This document shows, piece after piece, positions 1 to 14,086 of a stretch of 64,000 nt of DNA. The stretch's first letter is position 1. Each line of letters starts with the position of its first letter. The notes below the pieces were generated by a model, which did not search any database, had not been told where the DNA came from, and was given only the letters and a program-made list of their open reading frames with translations. The stretch spans positions 18,042,001 to 18,106,000 of the forward strand of contig JBHGNT010000018.1 in the NCBI GenBank assembly GCA_043228905.1. The letters are read 5' to 3'. Position numbers and translations under genes: made by a program. The stretch is from Azolla caroliniana. Taxonomy: Eukaryota > Plantae > Polypodiophyta.

Positions 1-1339
1 GTGAGTACTTGTTTGACTTCTTGACGTGTTACTTTAGATGAGTATTTGAGCATACAAGAAAGGAAAGCATAGGTAACCACTTGTTCATCAATGACACAAA
101 ATCTAACCAATTTGTTGAATATTTCTTTTACTCGATGTTGTTTGGAGTCTAAATCTTCACCAACACAAGGGCTATGAACGAATCTTCATAGAGTTGGAGA
201 ACAATTCAATTGGTTTTTGTCGTTTCCGCTTTCCTAGACATGGGTTCCTTTGAATTTGTTGAAGGGTTTCCACTAGTCGATTAAAAATGAAACTAGTGTT
301 AACGAGGTCGTAACAACCTATTGGTTAAAATGGGCAATATTGAGGTGAATTTGCATTAGTGGTATGTGCATATAGGGAGTGTTTACTCAAACAATTTAAG
401 CATTGTTTTTCCTTATTGGATTCCATCTTCACGCGTCTAAATTTAAATTGTTTTTTCTCAAACCATAGAGACACATATTTTTTAAGTCACTAGATCAAAA
501 TGTTTGTAATGTCTTTGAAGTGTCCACTTTATTGCCTTCTATTTGATGTTATATTGGTAGATAGCACTAGTTGGGGTCTTCATTGTTCCTTTTACCTAAA
601 AGTGGTTGTACATTCCTAAACATATCAATATCTCAAGATATTGTAAAATCCATGTCCAACAGAAGTCGTTTTATTTGCATATTTCAATATTTCCCTATAC
701 ATGTATTTAACATTAATACATGGTTTGGTAAGGTCTTAATTTTGGATCAAGATTCATGGGTTCCAACTTGGTTTCATAAACAAGTAAAATTGTACTTTAA
801 TGCAAGTAACCAGAGAACCTATATATACTCACAATATGCATACACCTACATACATATATTCATGTAGACCTCAATGATCTATGCCACTAAAGTTACAACT
901 TCCGTTAAAGCATAAAGGAAATAAGGGTAATGCATGTAGCAACGCTAAAAATGAATAATAGAAACATGTTTAGCAAACTGTTTTTTTTACAACTAACCAA
1001 TAACTACATGGTAAGTCAATTCTAGAACTATCCTTTTAACCTATGCATGTACATTAATTGGGTATACATAGTAAGTGAAATAATAATGAGGTAGCCAACA
1101 ATTAAGCACTTAAATGAAAATGAAACAATTAATCAACAACAATACAATATTTGAAAATCGTGACCTCATTTTGAGGCATTAAATATAGACCTTCTTACTC
1201 TCCTACAAAACTATGTGTATGTCCATGCACATATTTCCTTGGCTCCTTTGTCACTCAAAACCCATACAAAACATAAAGAATCCATGCGCACATAATCATG
1301 CACATAGATTTTATTTATGAAAAACATTGATTTATAATA

Positions 1340-3086
1340 GGAGCATCATCTAGAGTCCACGACATGGTGGGCATTTGAAGCCACATAAATCATGGCTATT
1401 TTGTATGGATTTAAAGCTTAGAAAATGTAATTGGTTGGTTGATCGCACAATGTCAGTGATGAAGGCGTGGAGTATGCTCCGTGGGCATCTTAGTCGTATA
1501 GGTTCAAGTACTAATGTTGAATGGATGCACCAACCCCTATTGTGGAACTAGACCTTAAAGTCGGCAAAGGGAAAGATGTTTGGCCAGAGCAAGGGTATGT
1601 CGTGGGCTATATTGCATTGTGCATGGATTCATTCAATGGCAGATTGGATGGAGCTGTCTATTAGTAACCAGGATAAATTATATGAAGATGCGGGAAAGTT
1701 CAGAAATGGTAGGAAGATGCTTGACCTAGTCACTCTATTCCTATTAGTAATGGGGAAGAGGGTGAATGGTTCGGACAATGTGATGATACAGGAAAATTTG
1801 TCAATGCTAAGGGTCTAGGAAAGAATGGGAAGATCATCCAGTTGGGATCAATAGATGCAAGTGCTAGTTGGTCCCCGATTAGAATTATGGCACGAGACAC
1901 TAAGAAATGGAAGGTGAGTCCATCAGTCGATGAGGTTGAGGAGGATTGGATCTTGTATGTTGTTGAAGGAAGGCCACTCGAGTGTTTAGAATGGGATCTT
2001 GCAGAATATATGTGGAGGGGAGAACAAGATAAATCAAGAGGTTTCTTTGACTACTCGACGTGCTTGGGGAGAAAGTTATGCTTGCATCATGAGAAGTGTG
2101 CCAACAAATGGACCCATGTACTTGTCAATTCGGGTCTTCGTGGATAGAACCAGGAACGTGATATGGAACTCATCCCTCCCCGAGAGGGTCAAGGTGTTTT
2201 ATTGGTTAATCACCCATCGGGTTGTTCCAATCAAAGAGTGGTTGGGGAAAAGGGGTGGGATGAGTAATTGCAAGGCTTGTGGAGTGAGTTTGGAGGACAT
2301 CACACATTGTTTGTGGAGTTGCCCGCATGTCCAAGAAGTTTGGACGAGGAGCTTAAGAATTCGGGTTCGATGCAGAGTTGAAGTTCAGGTATCAAGCGCA
2401 ACAGTTGTTTGGTTAGCTACTGAATTGGTTGCGTGGTTTCATGGGTGGAATGGAAATAGTCCTTCTCTTAAAGGTGGTGCATGGAACAATACAACTTTTA
2501 GCTCAAGGAGGTTCATTCTACATACAAGAACGATACGCAGATATTTAGTTTCTAGTGGTCGGTATTACTATTTGGCAAGTGTGGGTATCTAGGTGCAAGG
2601 AGTTATTTACCGATAAGTGAACCCATCAATTGAGAGTTTAATGATGATTTCGTTTAATTTTATTTCTACATTACAAGGAGAGTTTGAGAACCTTCAAGGG
2701 CCCTTTGATGTGAGTGAAGAAGCTAGAGGTCGTTTCCTTCTGAAATAGAGAGGTTCTCCAATGTTGCAGATGGTGGATGACAATGCAAAGTGGATTTATC
2801 AGCCACCCCGGTGGTTGTTTCCTCTGAGGGTACCAAACATTGAGGTGGGTGCTGAAATGTGAAGAGATTGGACGATGTCTATGCTGAATGTGGGTTGTGT
2901 GAGGCTCGTGTTGAGGGGATTCGGTCGAGTAATACTGTGCTCATCGGATGAAGTGGTGAGTTTGAGTCTTTGTTGATTCCTTTATACATGTTGGTTTCTT
3001 TGTAGCCATGCAAATTGGCTTGTAACATATGAGTTGTAACTAATAGAAGCAGTAATTGTTTTTAGACAAAAAAGAAAAAGAAAAAA
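1340..3086 (+). mobile_element. 5'-truncated, decayed non-LTR retrotransposon (LINE) 3' end with zf-RVT domain and A-rich tail
   Basis: ORF 1999-2592 contains WNSSLPERVKVFYWLITHRVVP...CKACGVSLEDITHCLWSCPHVQEVW, the zf-RVT pattern of plant L1/Tx1 ORF2. Adjacent frames are broken by stops. A-rich tail at 3068-3086. The 5' boundary is approximate. Confidence 0.75.
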
Positions 3087-3844
3087 TATCACATATGACC
3101 TATGGGACAAACAGTTTTACATAACATGTGTTGAATTGAGCATTGATACCCAATGTTCTAGACTCATAAACGTTGTAATGGAGAGTGCAAATTGTGATTG
3201 TGTGTGAAGAAAGAGTGTGCGTGAGAGAGAGAAGTTGTGTACATGTATGATGTCACATTGCACAAACATGAATGCAAATAAAGAGTGATAACTTTCCTTT
3301 GGAATTAGATTTAAGCCAAAACAGTAAAATCACAAATCCTCATTGTTGCATGTGCTCATAGTCTATATGCATGTGACACTTTTTTGTTACAAAACAAATA
3401 AATAGGTAACGTTTCTTTCATATTGGTAGCACACAACATGCATGATTGATGTGATATTGTTTCCATCTTTTGTAAGATCCTATTGTTGTGTCATTTAAAT
3501 GCTTATCAGATCATAACACAAGTCACTCAATTCATATTTATTTGATGACAAAATATTAAGGATGATTCAATTATTGCCCACTTTTGTGTGTATAACACAT
3601 GCATGGACGTCCATGTGTTTACTATGACAAATGGTAGTGAGTAGTGTGACCAAGTTCAAATATTAAGTGTTGCATGTTAGAGATTTGTGCGAATTAGAAC
3701 CGTTTAAACCTAATTAGCTTAAACTTACTTTTGTATGCTTCAATTTTCTTGCATGTCCAATATGTATGCATTTGAACTTTGAAGTTGTCCTATCCTTGAA
3801 TGTGAATGAGATCATATATACGAATGCCCCACTTAAGAAAGAAT

Positions 3845-3846
<2 letters not shown>

Positions 3847-3890
<44 letters not shown>
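3847..3890. repeat. (TC)n microsatellite
   Basis: Perfect dinucleotide run of about 22 units. Confidence 0.95.
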
Positions 3891-3892
<2 letters not shown>

Positions 3893-5947
3893 CGCGTAGA
3901 GGTAAGATATGGTGGAAGACTTATACATTTCACCATCAAGCGATAAACCATTGTGGTTTGATATTCATGCATTATGCTATGCCATACAAAGTTAAAAAAG
4001 TTTCGTTTAATAAAAAAGAATTGAAAGTGAAAATTTGGTTCATGCGTCCATCAATATATTGAATCCTTTAAGGAGTCTAACTCGTACAAATTTGAGTATA
4101 GCCTTACATATATTATTGACTTTCTCAATGTTTATCGTGCTTATTTTGCTCCACATCTATATTATTGTGCTTTAGTGTGGTTGAAAGAATGAACCCCAAT
4201 GCAAAAGATCACCTCATTACATGAAGTATGATTTTATGACGTCACCTCTAAAGGAAATATTTCAATTGTTACCTGTAGTTGCTTCATAGAAGGACTGGTA
4301 GATTTCATAAAATGCTATGGATACATTTGTCCTAAAGTTTTAAGTATTCTTACGAGTAGGAAGAATGATACTTCATTGAAAAGTGGCCAAGTTAAGTTGA
4401 TTGATGTGGAGCAATTGCCATTTCAAGAAGAACAATTCTGTTTATTGTGAAGTAGGTTTGCTTTTATCCATTGAGTGAGACATGCTCAAAATATTAGATA
4501 ATTCAAATTGAAAGTACGTGGGACCGAATACAACAATCTCATTAATGAGGGAGCTCAATTGGCTTTATGATGCCATGGTAGATGAAGGATGTAAACGCAA
4601 GTCGAGCATTGTGAACATCTACTTCAGTGTTGACACTTTTCATAATCCTAAGGGTTTAAAGCCAACATGTTATTATTAGCATTGGATGTTTGGACTTGAC
4701 CAAGGTAAGATGTACAATTGATCAAATTATGAGCAGTAGGAACTACGGCATATGAATGTTGTATTAAAGAGTTGTCAAAGTATGGAGGTGAAGGGACTGA
4801 CCACACAGAAGATCGCAAAAGCCATTCTAGAGGTCATGTTACCAACTATAGTTGGGATCATGTACTTGGACAAATCTCGACCCATGGCAAATTTTCAGTG
4901 CCACACGTGAATTGTGAAAAAGAATGGATTGATGGAGGTGACACACCAACATGTTAGAAGTAGATGACACATCCACATGCAATATTTGTTCACCTTGTCT
5001 CCCCTCATTCATGTTGTTAGGCAAAACATGTGATGCCTTACCCATCAACAATCATTAGGGCAATGAATGCCAACATGGTGAACGATGACAACAATGGGAT
5101 AGGGAGTGACAATGTGGAGAGCCATTCCACTAGCTAAGCAAGTGACGTGGGTTGAAATATGGCACGGGAATAGATTGACAATATGCCCACCCTCATCTTC
5201 GTAATAGGTTCATGGGAAGGTCATATCCTCCACACAATGGAACATATAAGACGACCAACTGTGTCATTGGACGTAAATAAAAGGAATCGAGCAAGCGTGG
5301 TAATGCCGCAAGGTGAGCCAAATGCCATCTAGAAAGACACACACGACTATAGATGTTGGTAAGATGGGGTATGGGAGGGGTATGGCCTACAATTATCAGG
5401 AGGTTTACGAGCACCACCGAGGAGAGTTGGGACCATGAGGTTATGTCCTGTTATGGCAATACAGAACATATGGGCGGGGTCACGACCAACAATGGCAGGG
5501 TTTGAAACACAGATGTGGGATCTGTGAGGGCCGACAGACAAGCCGAGAGCTGAGTCCGAGAGAAGAGAAGAAAAAAGAAGAGAAAGGAAAGAGAAGAGAA
5601 GAGAAGAGAAGAGAAGAGGAGAGAGAGAGAGAGATGCATGGCAATGCTCTTTTATCAGCCTTCCATTTGTTATTTGTTATTATTTATTTATTTTTACTCT
5701 GTTTTTTTGTTTTTTTCTATTTTACTTTATCCATAAATAATTAAAAGAAATAAAAGGTTAAAAAAAAAAGCAAAAAAATTATCATTATCATTTATTATTT
5801 TATTTTTATCATATAAAAATCAGATTTTGGGCTGTCTGAATCTGAAGAAGCTCTCCTCTGTTCCTTCTCCTCCTCCTTCACCGAAACGCATCCGTTTCGT
5901 GCCGTTTCGTGCCGTTTCCTCTGCCCCTCCCTCCCGCAGGTCAGGCT

Positions 5948-8371
5948 ATGGCTTCCAACGCGATGCACCTCTCCTCGTTCGCTTCCCAGAACGCCGCCGT
6001 TTCTGCGCGTTTCCCTCCATCTCTCCGCTTCTCCTTGAAGCCACCTGGTCTGTAAATTCCGCTACCTTTTCATGTCGAAACAAGGATTTCGTTAGTTTTT
6101 TTCTTAATTTTTTATACCTTTTCTGTTCTCACTTGAAAATCTCTTCTTGAAAATCTCTTCTCAAACTGCGATGATGGATGGATGTCGATGGTGATGGAAC
6201 ACTACACTTCAGATTTACTTGTTTTTCCATTTCTTTCAGTTGCCAAGATCGCAGTTTTTTCCCGTGTTTGTGTTCTTTCCCTCGAAATTTGCTTCTTGAA
6301 CTGTGCTGCTGCTGATGAACTTTACATTTTCCCTCAAAATCGGCTTCTTGAGCTGTTTTGATGATGAATCATGTCTTTTATTTGAGAACATGTCATAATC
6401 CCCATCATTTTCGTTTTCGATATCACAATGTTTTCCGTTAGTTATTGTAAAAAATTGCTTGTTAAACTGTGACGATGATGAACACTGTAGGTGTTTTTTC
6501 TCAGAGTTGCTTCTGAAAACTTGACGATGACCATTATCTCGTTTTTCATTCTCCATTTTTTCCTCTTAATTTTGACGAGGATGAAAATTACACTGTTTCT
6601 TTTCAGTTTCAAGCAAAGGGGTTCATGTGGTGGGATCATTTGGAGAGGATCATGGATCTTTGTCAGTCTCTTCTTCAAGTGATAAGAAATCGAAGCTTGT
6701 CGCTCAAGCAGTTGCTGTGAGAGAGATCCTCTGTTTCTTTTATCGTTTAGATCACACTTCAGAAATCATGCATATGCTTAAAAGAAGTGAAAAGAATTGC
6801 TGTTTTGTCGTCTTTTTTCATTTAGATCGCTCTATAGAAATCATGTGTATGCACAACCTTTTGTTTTAGTTTATGGTTGATAAACATTATTGTCTGTTAA
6901 TTTTTTGCATGCATGATCGTTGTGTTTTCTCGTGTTATTTGACCCATTTACAGGCCATAAGTTTGGTTGCAGTGAAAGACAGCTCTTGCATTCGGATATT
7001 GGGACATCTTGCATGTGGGGTCTTTATGTTTGTGCGGTGTTTTTCTTAATTAGATCACATTTAAAGTTCATCCATGAATTATAAAGTGCGATTTATGCTC
7101 AGAGAGAGACCAAATGACATATAGATTGAACATGCAAAGCATCACAACACCAGAACACTAAAATTAAAAGAACCTTATCACTCTGGTGAAAGTGAATATT
7201 TCGTTGCATCTTGTAATGTGATTGTTTTTCATGCTCCATGTTCCAAGTTTCCCTTCATAAATTTCACAGGTCAAAGGAGGAGAAGCTGCTGCAAGCTCTA
7301 CTGGGGCAAAATCAGGGTATGTATCTCTTTGTGTTTGTTTAAAAAGGAAAGTAAAAACGGAAAAAAACTACATTTTGCTGACACCACCGAGGCACCAGGC
7401 ATGAGCTTCTTCTGTTTGAGGCGCTTCGTGAGGGACTGGAAGAAGAAATGGAACAAAATCCGCGAGTGTGTGTTGTGGGAGAGGATGTGGGACACTATGG
7501 GGGCTCGTACAAAGTGACCAAAGGATTTGCTGAAAAATTTGGAGATCTAAGGGTCCTTGATACTCCAATTGCGGAAAACTCGTTCACCGGGATGGCGATC
7601 GGTGCAGCCATGACAGGTCTAAGACCTGTGATTGAAGGCATGAACATGGGTTTTCTCTTGTTGGCTTATAATCAGATCTCCAACAATTGTGGCATGTTGC
7701 ATTACACATCTGGAGGGCAATTCACTATCCCAGTAGTAATTAGAGGCCCTGGTGGTGTCGGCAGACAACTTGGTGCTGAGCATTCGCAAAGGTTAGAATC
7801 TTATTTCCAATCTGTCCCTGGGTTGCAAATGGTTGCTTGCTCTACCCCTTATAATGCCAAAGGTCTCATGAAAGCGGCTATAAGGAGCGAGAATCCTGTA
7901 ATTCTTTTTGAGCATGTATTGCTATACAACTTGAAAGAGAGGATTCCCGATGAGGAATATGTATGCTGTCTTGAGAAAGCTGAGTTGGTTCGCCCAGGCA
8001 AAGATATCACTATCTTGACATATTCCCGAATGCGGCATCATGTCTTGCAAGCTGCCAAAACCCTCATCAACAAGGGCTACGATCCAGAGATCATTGACAT
8101 CATTTCCCTAAAGCCATTCGATCTTTACACCATTGGAAACTCGATTAAAAAGACTCACAAGGTGCTAATAGTGGAGGAGTGCATGAGGACGGGAGGCATT
8201 GGTGCGAGTTTGAGGTCATCTATCATTGACAACTTTTGGGATTATTTAGATGCACCAGTGATGTGCTTATCTTCACAAGACGTGCCTACGCCTTATGCTG
8301 GAACCTTAGAGGAAGCAACGGTTGTTCAGCCAGCGCAAATTGTTACTGCTGTAGAAGAGTTGTGCAAATGA
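5948..8371 (+). CDS. PDH-E1beta: Plastid pyruvate dehydrogenase E1 beta subunit, ~409 aa, 4 exons (5948-6047, 6607-6716, 7270-7316, 7399-8371)
   Basis: The last exon encodes [17 protein letters not shown]...[16 protein letters not shown]...[17 protein letters not shown]...[12 protein letters not shown], typical of plastid/cyanobacterial pdhB. Three upstream GT-AG exons join in phase (1, 0, 2) to give a Ser/Ala-rich transit peptide [31 protein letters not shown]. Confidence 0.95.
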
Positions 8372-9618
8372 ATTCAATGATGATGAAGCTGTCTGCTATA
8401 CATTGTGGAAGGCACGCATGACATCCATTCCATTCCGTTTCTCAAATATACTTAGCTTGTTATTTTTATTTATTTTATGCTCTCAAGTATAAAAGATTCT
8501 CTGTAGGGGTAGGATCTAGCAAGTCATTTTTCCATCATGAAACAATGTTTGGGTTTTTCACTGGTGCAATTGCTCCATCTTATTTTTTTGGGAATATAGA
8601 GAAAAGTGCATAACCTTGTCTTAAAAAGTCAGATAGATATTGAATTGAATCCCTGCAAATGCTGGAAAAAAGTTGCAATACATGGAATCCCTTTCCTATT
8701 CCAAGCTCTAGCTGCTGGTCTTTGCTTGTATTGCAACTCCTTTTTTTAAGTTGTGCTCATGCTATGTCTGAAACTGGAACATGAACGAGTGAGATGCAGA
8801 CAATACTCTTAAGATGGATTGAACTGAATTGCATATGAATTAGTTACCGTCGTTCTGTGATCAGGCGGAAATTCACTCTAGGTTACACAAGTGTAAAGAT
8901 TAATGTCTTTTTTATTGGATATGTGAAATGTGCAATTTATCCTGGTAATGGTTGATAATACATATATTCCTTCTTGAGAACAGCCCCCCAAAGCTATCTA
9001 GATGATTGCAAATCCGAAAGCTGTGTTGCTTGTTATGGATGTGCCTGAGTTTAATTGCTCCTTGGGAACACGAATGCACATTTCTTTTCAAGGCAAAATG
9101 TTTTTTTTATCTAAATTTGAAGGTTTTCGTTCAGACAGGCTGGATTAAATGTGGTAAGATTTCCAATTGGTCAATGTGGTTTGCACAAGACCATTCACAA
9201 AAGACTTTGATTCTTGCCATGGTTCTTCCTTGGAGATACGAGGTAGTAAAAACCATAGGGTAGATGGAAAAAGAGAATTGTTTCCTCTAATGTATAGTAT
9301 GGCATTAGCCATGTCCAAGAAAGGGTTAGGAGCTTGATTTGCATTTAAAATCTCAAAAGTACATATTCAATTACACCAAGAAAATATGTTGAATCAATTG
9401 AATGGTATCATCCAATGTATTTGGTGGCCTTGTGCATGGTTTGGACATAACTCAAGAACAAACCGGGTCTCTTGAGTCGCATGACTATTGTGTCAGCTAG
9501 TTGCACCGATGCTCCAAAATTCATGATGTGTACCTCATGCACTCTAAAAAAACGCTTCTTTTGCATGCATGATCTAGTATGGCATCATATTTACGCGTCA
9601 TAAGATATATAAGGGACA

Positions 9619-9763
9619 TTTGGTTCGGTTTGGTTTGAGAGTGATGAAACTGAACCGTTTAAAAATTTCGAAACTTGAATTGAATGGAACCACGAAACCG
9701 TTAAAAAAAAATTCAAACTGGTAAAACCAAGGTTTTGTGGTTCAGTTTCGGTTTTCAACTTTG
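9619..9763. mobile_element. GGTTC/GAACC-rich non-autonomous DNA transposon end (MITE-like), copy 1
   Basis: Repeated ggttc/aaaccg motifs ending in ggttttcaactttg. Colinear similarity with 34261-34432. Confidence 0.5.
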
Positions 9764-9768
9764 GTCAC

Positions 9769-9802
<34 letters not shown>
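9769..9802. repeat. (ATG)n microsatellite
   Basis: About 11 ATG units. Confidence 0.9.
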
Positions 9803-9803
<1 letters not shown>

Positions 9804-9884
9804 TGAGCTCAATTAACATAATTAACTCGTTTGGGTTTGACATATTTACATTTCTGTCCCTTTCTCCTCCCTTGCCTGCCAAGG

Positions 9885-10596
9885 CAAGACATACACAGAG
9901 AGAGAGAGAGAGAGAGAGAGCAAGCAAGGTGAGAGAAAGACACAAGAGAGAGAGAGAGCAAGCAAGGAGAGAGAAAGACACAAGAGAGAGAGAGAGAGCA
10001 AGCAAGGAGAGAGAAAGACACAAGAGAGAGAGAGAGAGCAAGCAAGGAGAGAGAAAGAAAGATATATTAACGTCTGAGAGAGAGAGAGACACACACACAC
10101 ACACACACGAGAGAGAGAGCAAGCAAGGAGAGAGAAAGACACAAGAGAGAGAGAGAGAGCAAGCAAGGAGAGAGAAAGACACAAGAGAGAGAGAGAGAGC
10201 AAGCAAGGAGAGAGAAAGACACAAGAGAGAGAGAGAGAGCAAGCAAGGAGAGAGAAAGAAAGATATATTAACGTCTGAGAGAGAGAGAGAGAGACACACA
10301 CACACACACGAGGGAGAGAGCAAGTAAGGAGAGAGAAAGACACAACAGAGAGAGAGAGAGAGAGAGAGAGAGCAAGCAAGGAGAGAGAAAGACACAACAG
10401 ACAGAGAGAGAGAGAGAGAGAGAGCAAGCAAGGAGAGAGACACAGACAGACACACAGGAGAGATATACACACACACACAAGAGAGAGAGAGAGAGCAAGC
10501 AAGGAGAGAGAAAGACACAACACAGAGAGAGAGAGAGAGACACACACACACACACACACGAGAGAGAGAGCAAGCAAGGAGAGAGAAAGACACAAC

Positions 10597-10634
<38 letters not shown>

Positions 10635-10815
10635 CAAGCAAGGAGAGAGAAACAGACACAGACATACACAGGGGAGAGAGAGAGACACACACACACACAC
10701 TCACTCACACACACACACAAGAGAGAGAGAGAGAGCAAGCAAGGAGAGAGAAAGACACAACGGAGAGAGAGAGACACACACACACACACATACACACATA
10801 CACACAGACACAGAG
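9885..10815. repeat. Compound GA/CA minisatellite, core (GA)n-GCAAGCAAGGAGAGAGAAAGACACAA, with higher-order units
   Basis: About 15 copies of the GCAAGCAAGGAGAGAGA core are separated by variable (GA)n/(CA)n tracts. The block carrying gaaagatatattaacgtctga recurs at ~10057 and ~10258. Confidence 0.95.
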
Positions 10816-10830
10816 CCAGCCTTCTGGGCC

Positions 10831-13800
10831 ATGGCGATGGCCAGACGTGTTCCTTCCTGTCAGAGATGCTTTCGGGCCTACCTCCGACCTTACAGCCCCG
10901 CAGATTCTTCTTCTTCTTCTCCGCTTCCGCCTCTTGCTTCGTCTCGTGTGGAGCCTTCTTCATCTCTGCGTGGAGAGCCGTTTCGATTACTTGCATCATC
11001 ATCATCATCATCACCATCTTCGTCTTCATCACCATCACCATCATCATCATCATCATCATCATCATCGAAACCTTCTTCTTCTTCTTCTTCTTATTCGTCT
11101 TTTATGCAGTCCAATTCTCACCTTTGGAGCCGTCGCAGACACTTTGCAAAGATTTCAACCTCTTCCAATGGCTCCAGCATTGTGCCTTTCTTCGACACCC
11201 TTGCCTTGGTAGGTCATATCAAAATCCTCTTCCCTTTTTCAGGAGTAGGACGATTATAGAGTGTTTACTGAAACTAAAGAATGTCAGGTGGATTCCTCGC
11301 TCTGAAAGGAGGAGAATGAGGAAGGAGTGTTAAAATGAAATTGAAGCATGTTCTGGTTTCGTCTTCTCCCTCAAAGAATGGGATGAAACTAAATCATTCT
11401 CATTTTCTGTATTCTTCTCATCTTACGGAATAGGCTGATAAAGTATTGAAAATCCAAGAATGTTCTAGTTTCTTCTGCTCTCTTTAAGGAAAAGGAAGAT
11501 GGAAGGAGTGTTTATTGAGACCGACTCTCAGTTCTACTCATACAAGACCTAGGACAATGGAAAGACTGTTTAACATGTTCTGGTTTATTCTCAGTTCTCG
11601 CCCTAAGGGATTGGTGTGTTTGAAAAGCTGCCTTTTTATGCAATTTATTTACCAATGTGAAAGTCTTTGATTTGGAAACTCTGAGTTTCTTATGCAGTGT
11701 CTGTAATGATCTGGTAGGTTCGTAAACTGGAATCACAGGGATTTGATGCTAAACAAGCAGAAGCCATAACTGCTGCAATGACAGATGTGCTCAACGATTG
11801 TTTGCAGAACGTTTCAGATTCATTTGTGTCCAAGTCTGAGTTGCAACAGGTAAAAAGGAATGCTCTCTTATTGTATTTTCTCATTTCGACACTGTCACAT
11901 CCAAATCATATGCCTACATGCATCAGACAAATGGTTAACTGGCTTCCATTTTAAGATACATCAAAAGATTGACGTTTTTCATATGCTTTGTGGATCATTG
12001 TCACTGGAAATGCACCCATTCTCCTTTTAAATGTTTTATGCTGGATTGTTGAAGCCTGTTTAAACTATATACTGCATGCTATTCTGACATCTTTAGATCT
12101 ATCTTGGCGTGGTTATTGAATAGTTCAACTTAATGCAAGAGGGTGCATATGAAAAGCTGCAGACTGATGTGCAAAGCTCACATGTAAGATGATCGATTCG
12201 AACCCTTTCTGGATGCTAAGCATTAAATTACAATTTTTTGTCATTGTATATTTATTAAACCATGGATTCTTTGAAATAAATTAACTGCTCTATATTCTTT
12301 AATCACAGTATCTATGCAAAGTAAGACATTTAGCAGGTTTTCCTGTGAATTCGAAAATGGTTCGTTTTGTAGATGAGTACTGTGTCGACTTTGCAAGCTC
12401 AGTTATCATTCCTTGAGAATCAAAGTATAAGAACAATAACTGGGAGATTTCATTTTTATCATCAATCTCTTAAATATTGAGTAAAACATAGTCAGCAAGT
12501 TAAATTAATGCAAACCAATCAAGCATATTGAAAAGTAGAGATGAAGACCTGCATGAAATTTAATGGAGTCCTTAACTCTACCATGCATCTAGGTCTTTTA
12601 TGTGAAAGAGACATGAAATTTGAAAGAAACCCTGATGAAGGGTAGTGAGACATGGTGAAGATGAAAAGGTTTAAGGAATGATGAAAGAAGGAAACCCGTC
12701 AACTGTCAACTGTAGGACGTTGATGAACATGAGAAGAAAGATAACATATTTCATCAAGTCTGTAGCCTCATGGAAGTAGCCTCATGTCTAATGTGCTTGA
12801 AGACCCTAGTTGATGAAACAGGGAGGCATAACTGCAATATTTGGATAAGATGTCGAAACAAAGGGCAAATGCTATCCTAGACTGCCAAAGGAAATGCTAA
12901 GCGCTTGATTATTTTTCCTAGAGGGCATGTTAGTCAATCTAAATAATTTAGAAAAGTCTGAAAGTGAGATAAAAATAAACTTGAATAAGGTTGGGTGGGA
13001 TGTACAGATTTGTTAAGGAAATATCTGTTGCCTTAATAGAAAACAGTACAATCCTGGACCCTTACTTAGACTAGCCTAAGCGGCAAAGAAAGGACGAAAA
13101 ATGGGCACTACACATAACCAAGTCATTATCCAGAAGAAGAGATATATTTGACGGTATGCAGCCTTTGAAACAGGCATGTTTTTTAATCAAAAGGAATATG
13201 GTTTACGATGTATACAGCCCCCTGTGTGGTCCATCTCAATCTCATAGCAGAATGAAATGTGATGAAATATTTATGCAGCCATGTGCTTTTATATGTCATG
13301 TCATGCTAAAAAGTTAAGTGCTATTTGTTGTGTCATAGTTACGTCACAGTCTGAAATCTATTGAGAGAAAAAGAGGGGTTAAGTTCTTCCTTAAAGTTTA
13401 TTTTCATGATTTGTAGGAGAAAAAAATATCATCCATACATCGAGATACTGAAAAACTTCGAATTGATATCGAGAAACTCCAAACAGAAATAAGGTTTGTG
13501 TTATATGATTCTTGAGGAAATAATTATTTATTTATTTCTCTCCTGTAGTACTTAGACCGTGTAAGTTTTTAACAGGTATGAAATGGATAAAGTTACAGCT
13601 GGCCAACGCTTGGATCTGAATCTGGAGAGAGGGTAAGGTATTAATATGAGAAATGCTGAGCATACATAAACAGCAGAGTCTGATCAATGAATTTTTCTGT
13701 TTTCCATCTCTTTGCAGACGTATCAAAGAAGAATTAGCTAATCGAAATGCTGAGACATCCAATTTGACAAATAGACTAGACAAGGTATAGTGAACATATT

Positions 13801-14086
13801 CCTTGAACATTTGTACAATGTAGGCAATTACAACTGATTTATAATCAAAATCCTTGAACTAACTTCAATGTTCAGGAAATCAATACTTTGAAAACACAAT
13901 TAGAAGCTTCAAAATATGAGGTCATCAAATATTGTATAGGTATATCTATTTACTTTTTCAAATCTTTTCTACAATTGAGAAATTGACTGAGCCTACAATT
14001 GAAATGGAAATGTTATTCACTTGCATACAGGTACCATCATCTCTGTCTATGCTCTTGGTGTTGCACTGCTACGTATTTTCAAATGA
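10831..14086 (+). CDS. DUF1640 / FMP32-CCDC90-like mitochondrial coiled-coil protein, ~296 aa, 8 exons (10831-11208, 11718-11849, 12124-12183, 13417-13493, 13576-13632, 13718-13784, 13876-13939, 14031-14086)
   Basis: The spliced product reads FFDTLALVRKLESQGFDAKQAEAITAAMTDVLND...EKLRIDIEKLQTEIRYEMDKVTAGQRLDLNLERGRIKEEL...LEASKYEVIKYCIGTIISVYALGVALLRIFK*. All junctions are GT-AG and in phase. The N-terminus is Arg/Ser-rich and presequence-like, and there is a C-terminal TM helix. Confidence 0.9.

Noticed and set aside
7399-8371. Long cyanobacteria-like pdhB exon as a recent bacterial transfer or contamination
   Set aside because: It has spliced transit-peptide exons, so it is the normal nuclear-encoded plastid E1-beta.
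9742-11333. Long ORFs (320, 284, 265, 174 and 155 aa) over the GA/CA array and the (CAT)n tract
   Set aside because: These are low-complexity artefacts of stop-free microsatellites. Only the 10831 frame splices into a conserved domain.
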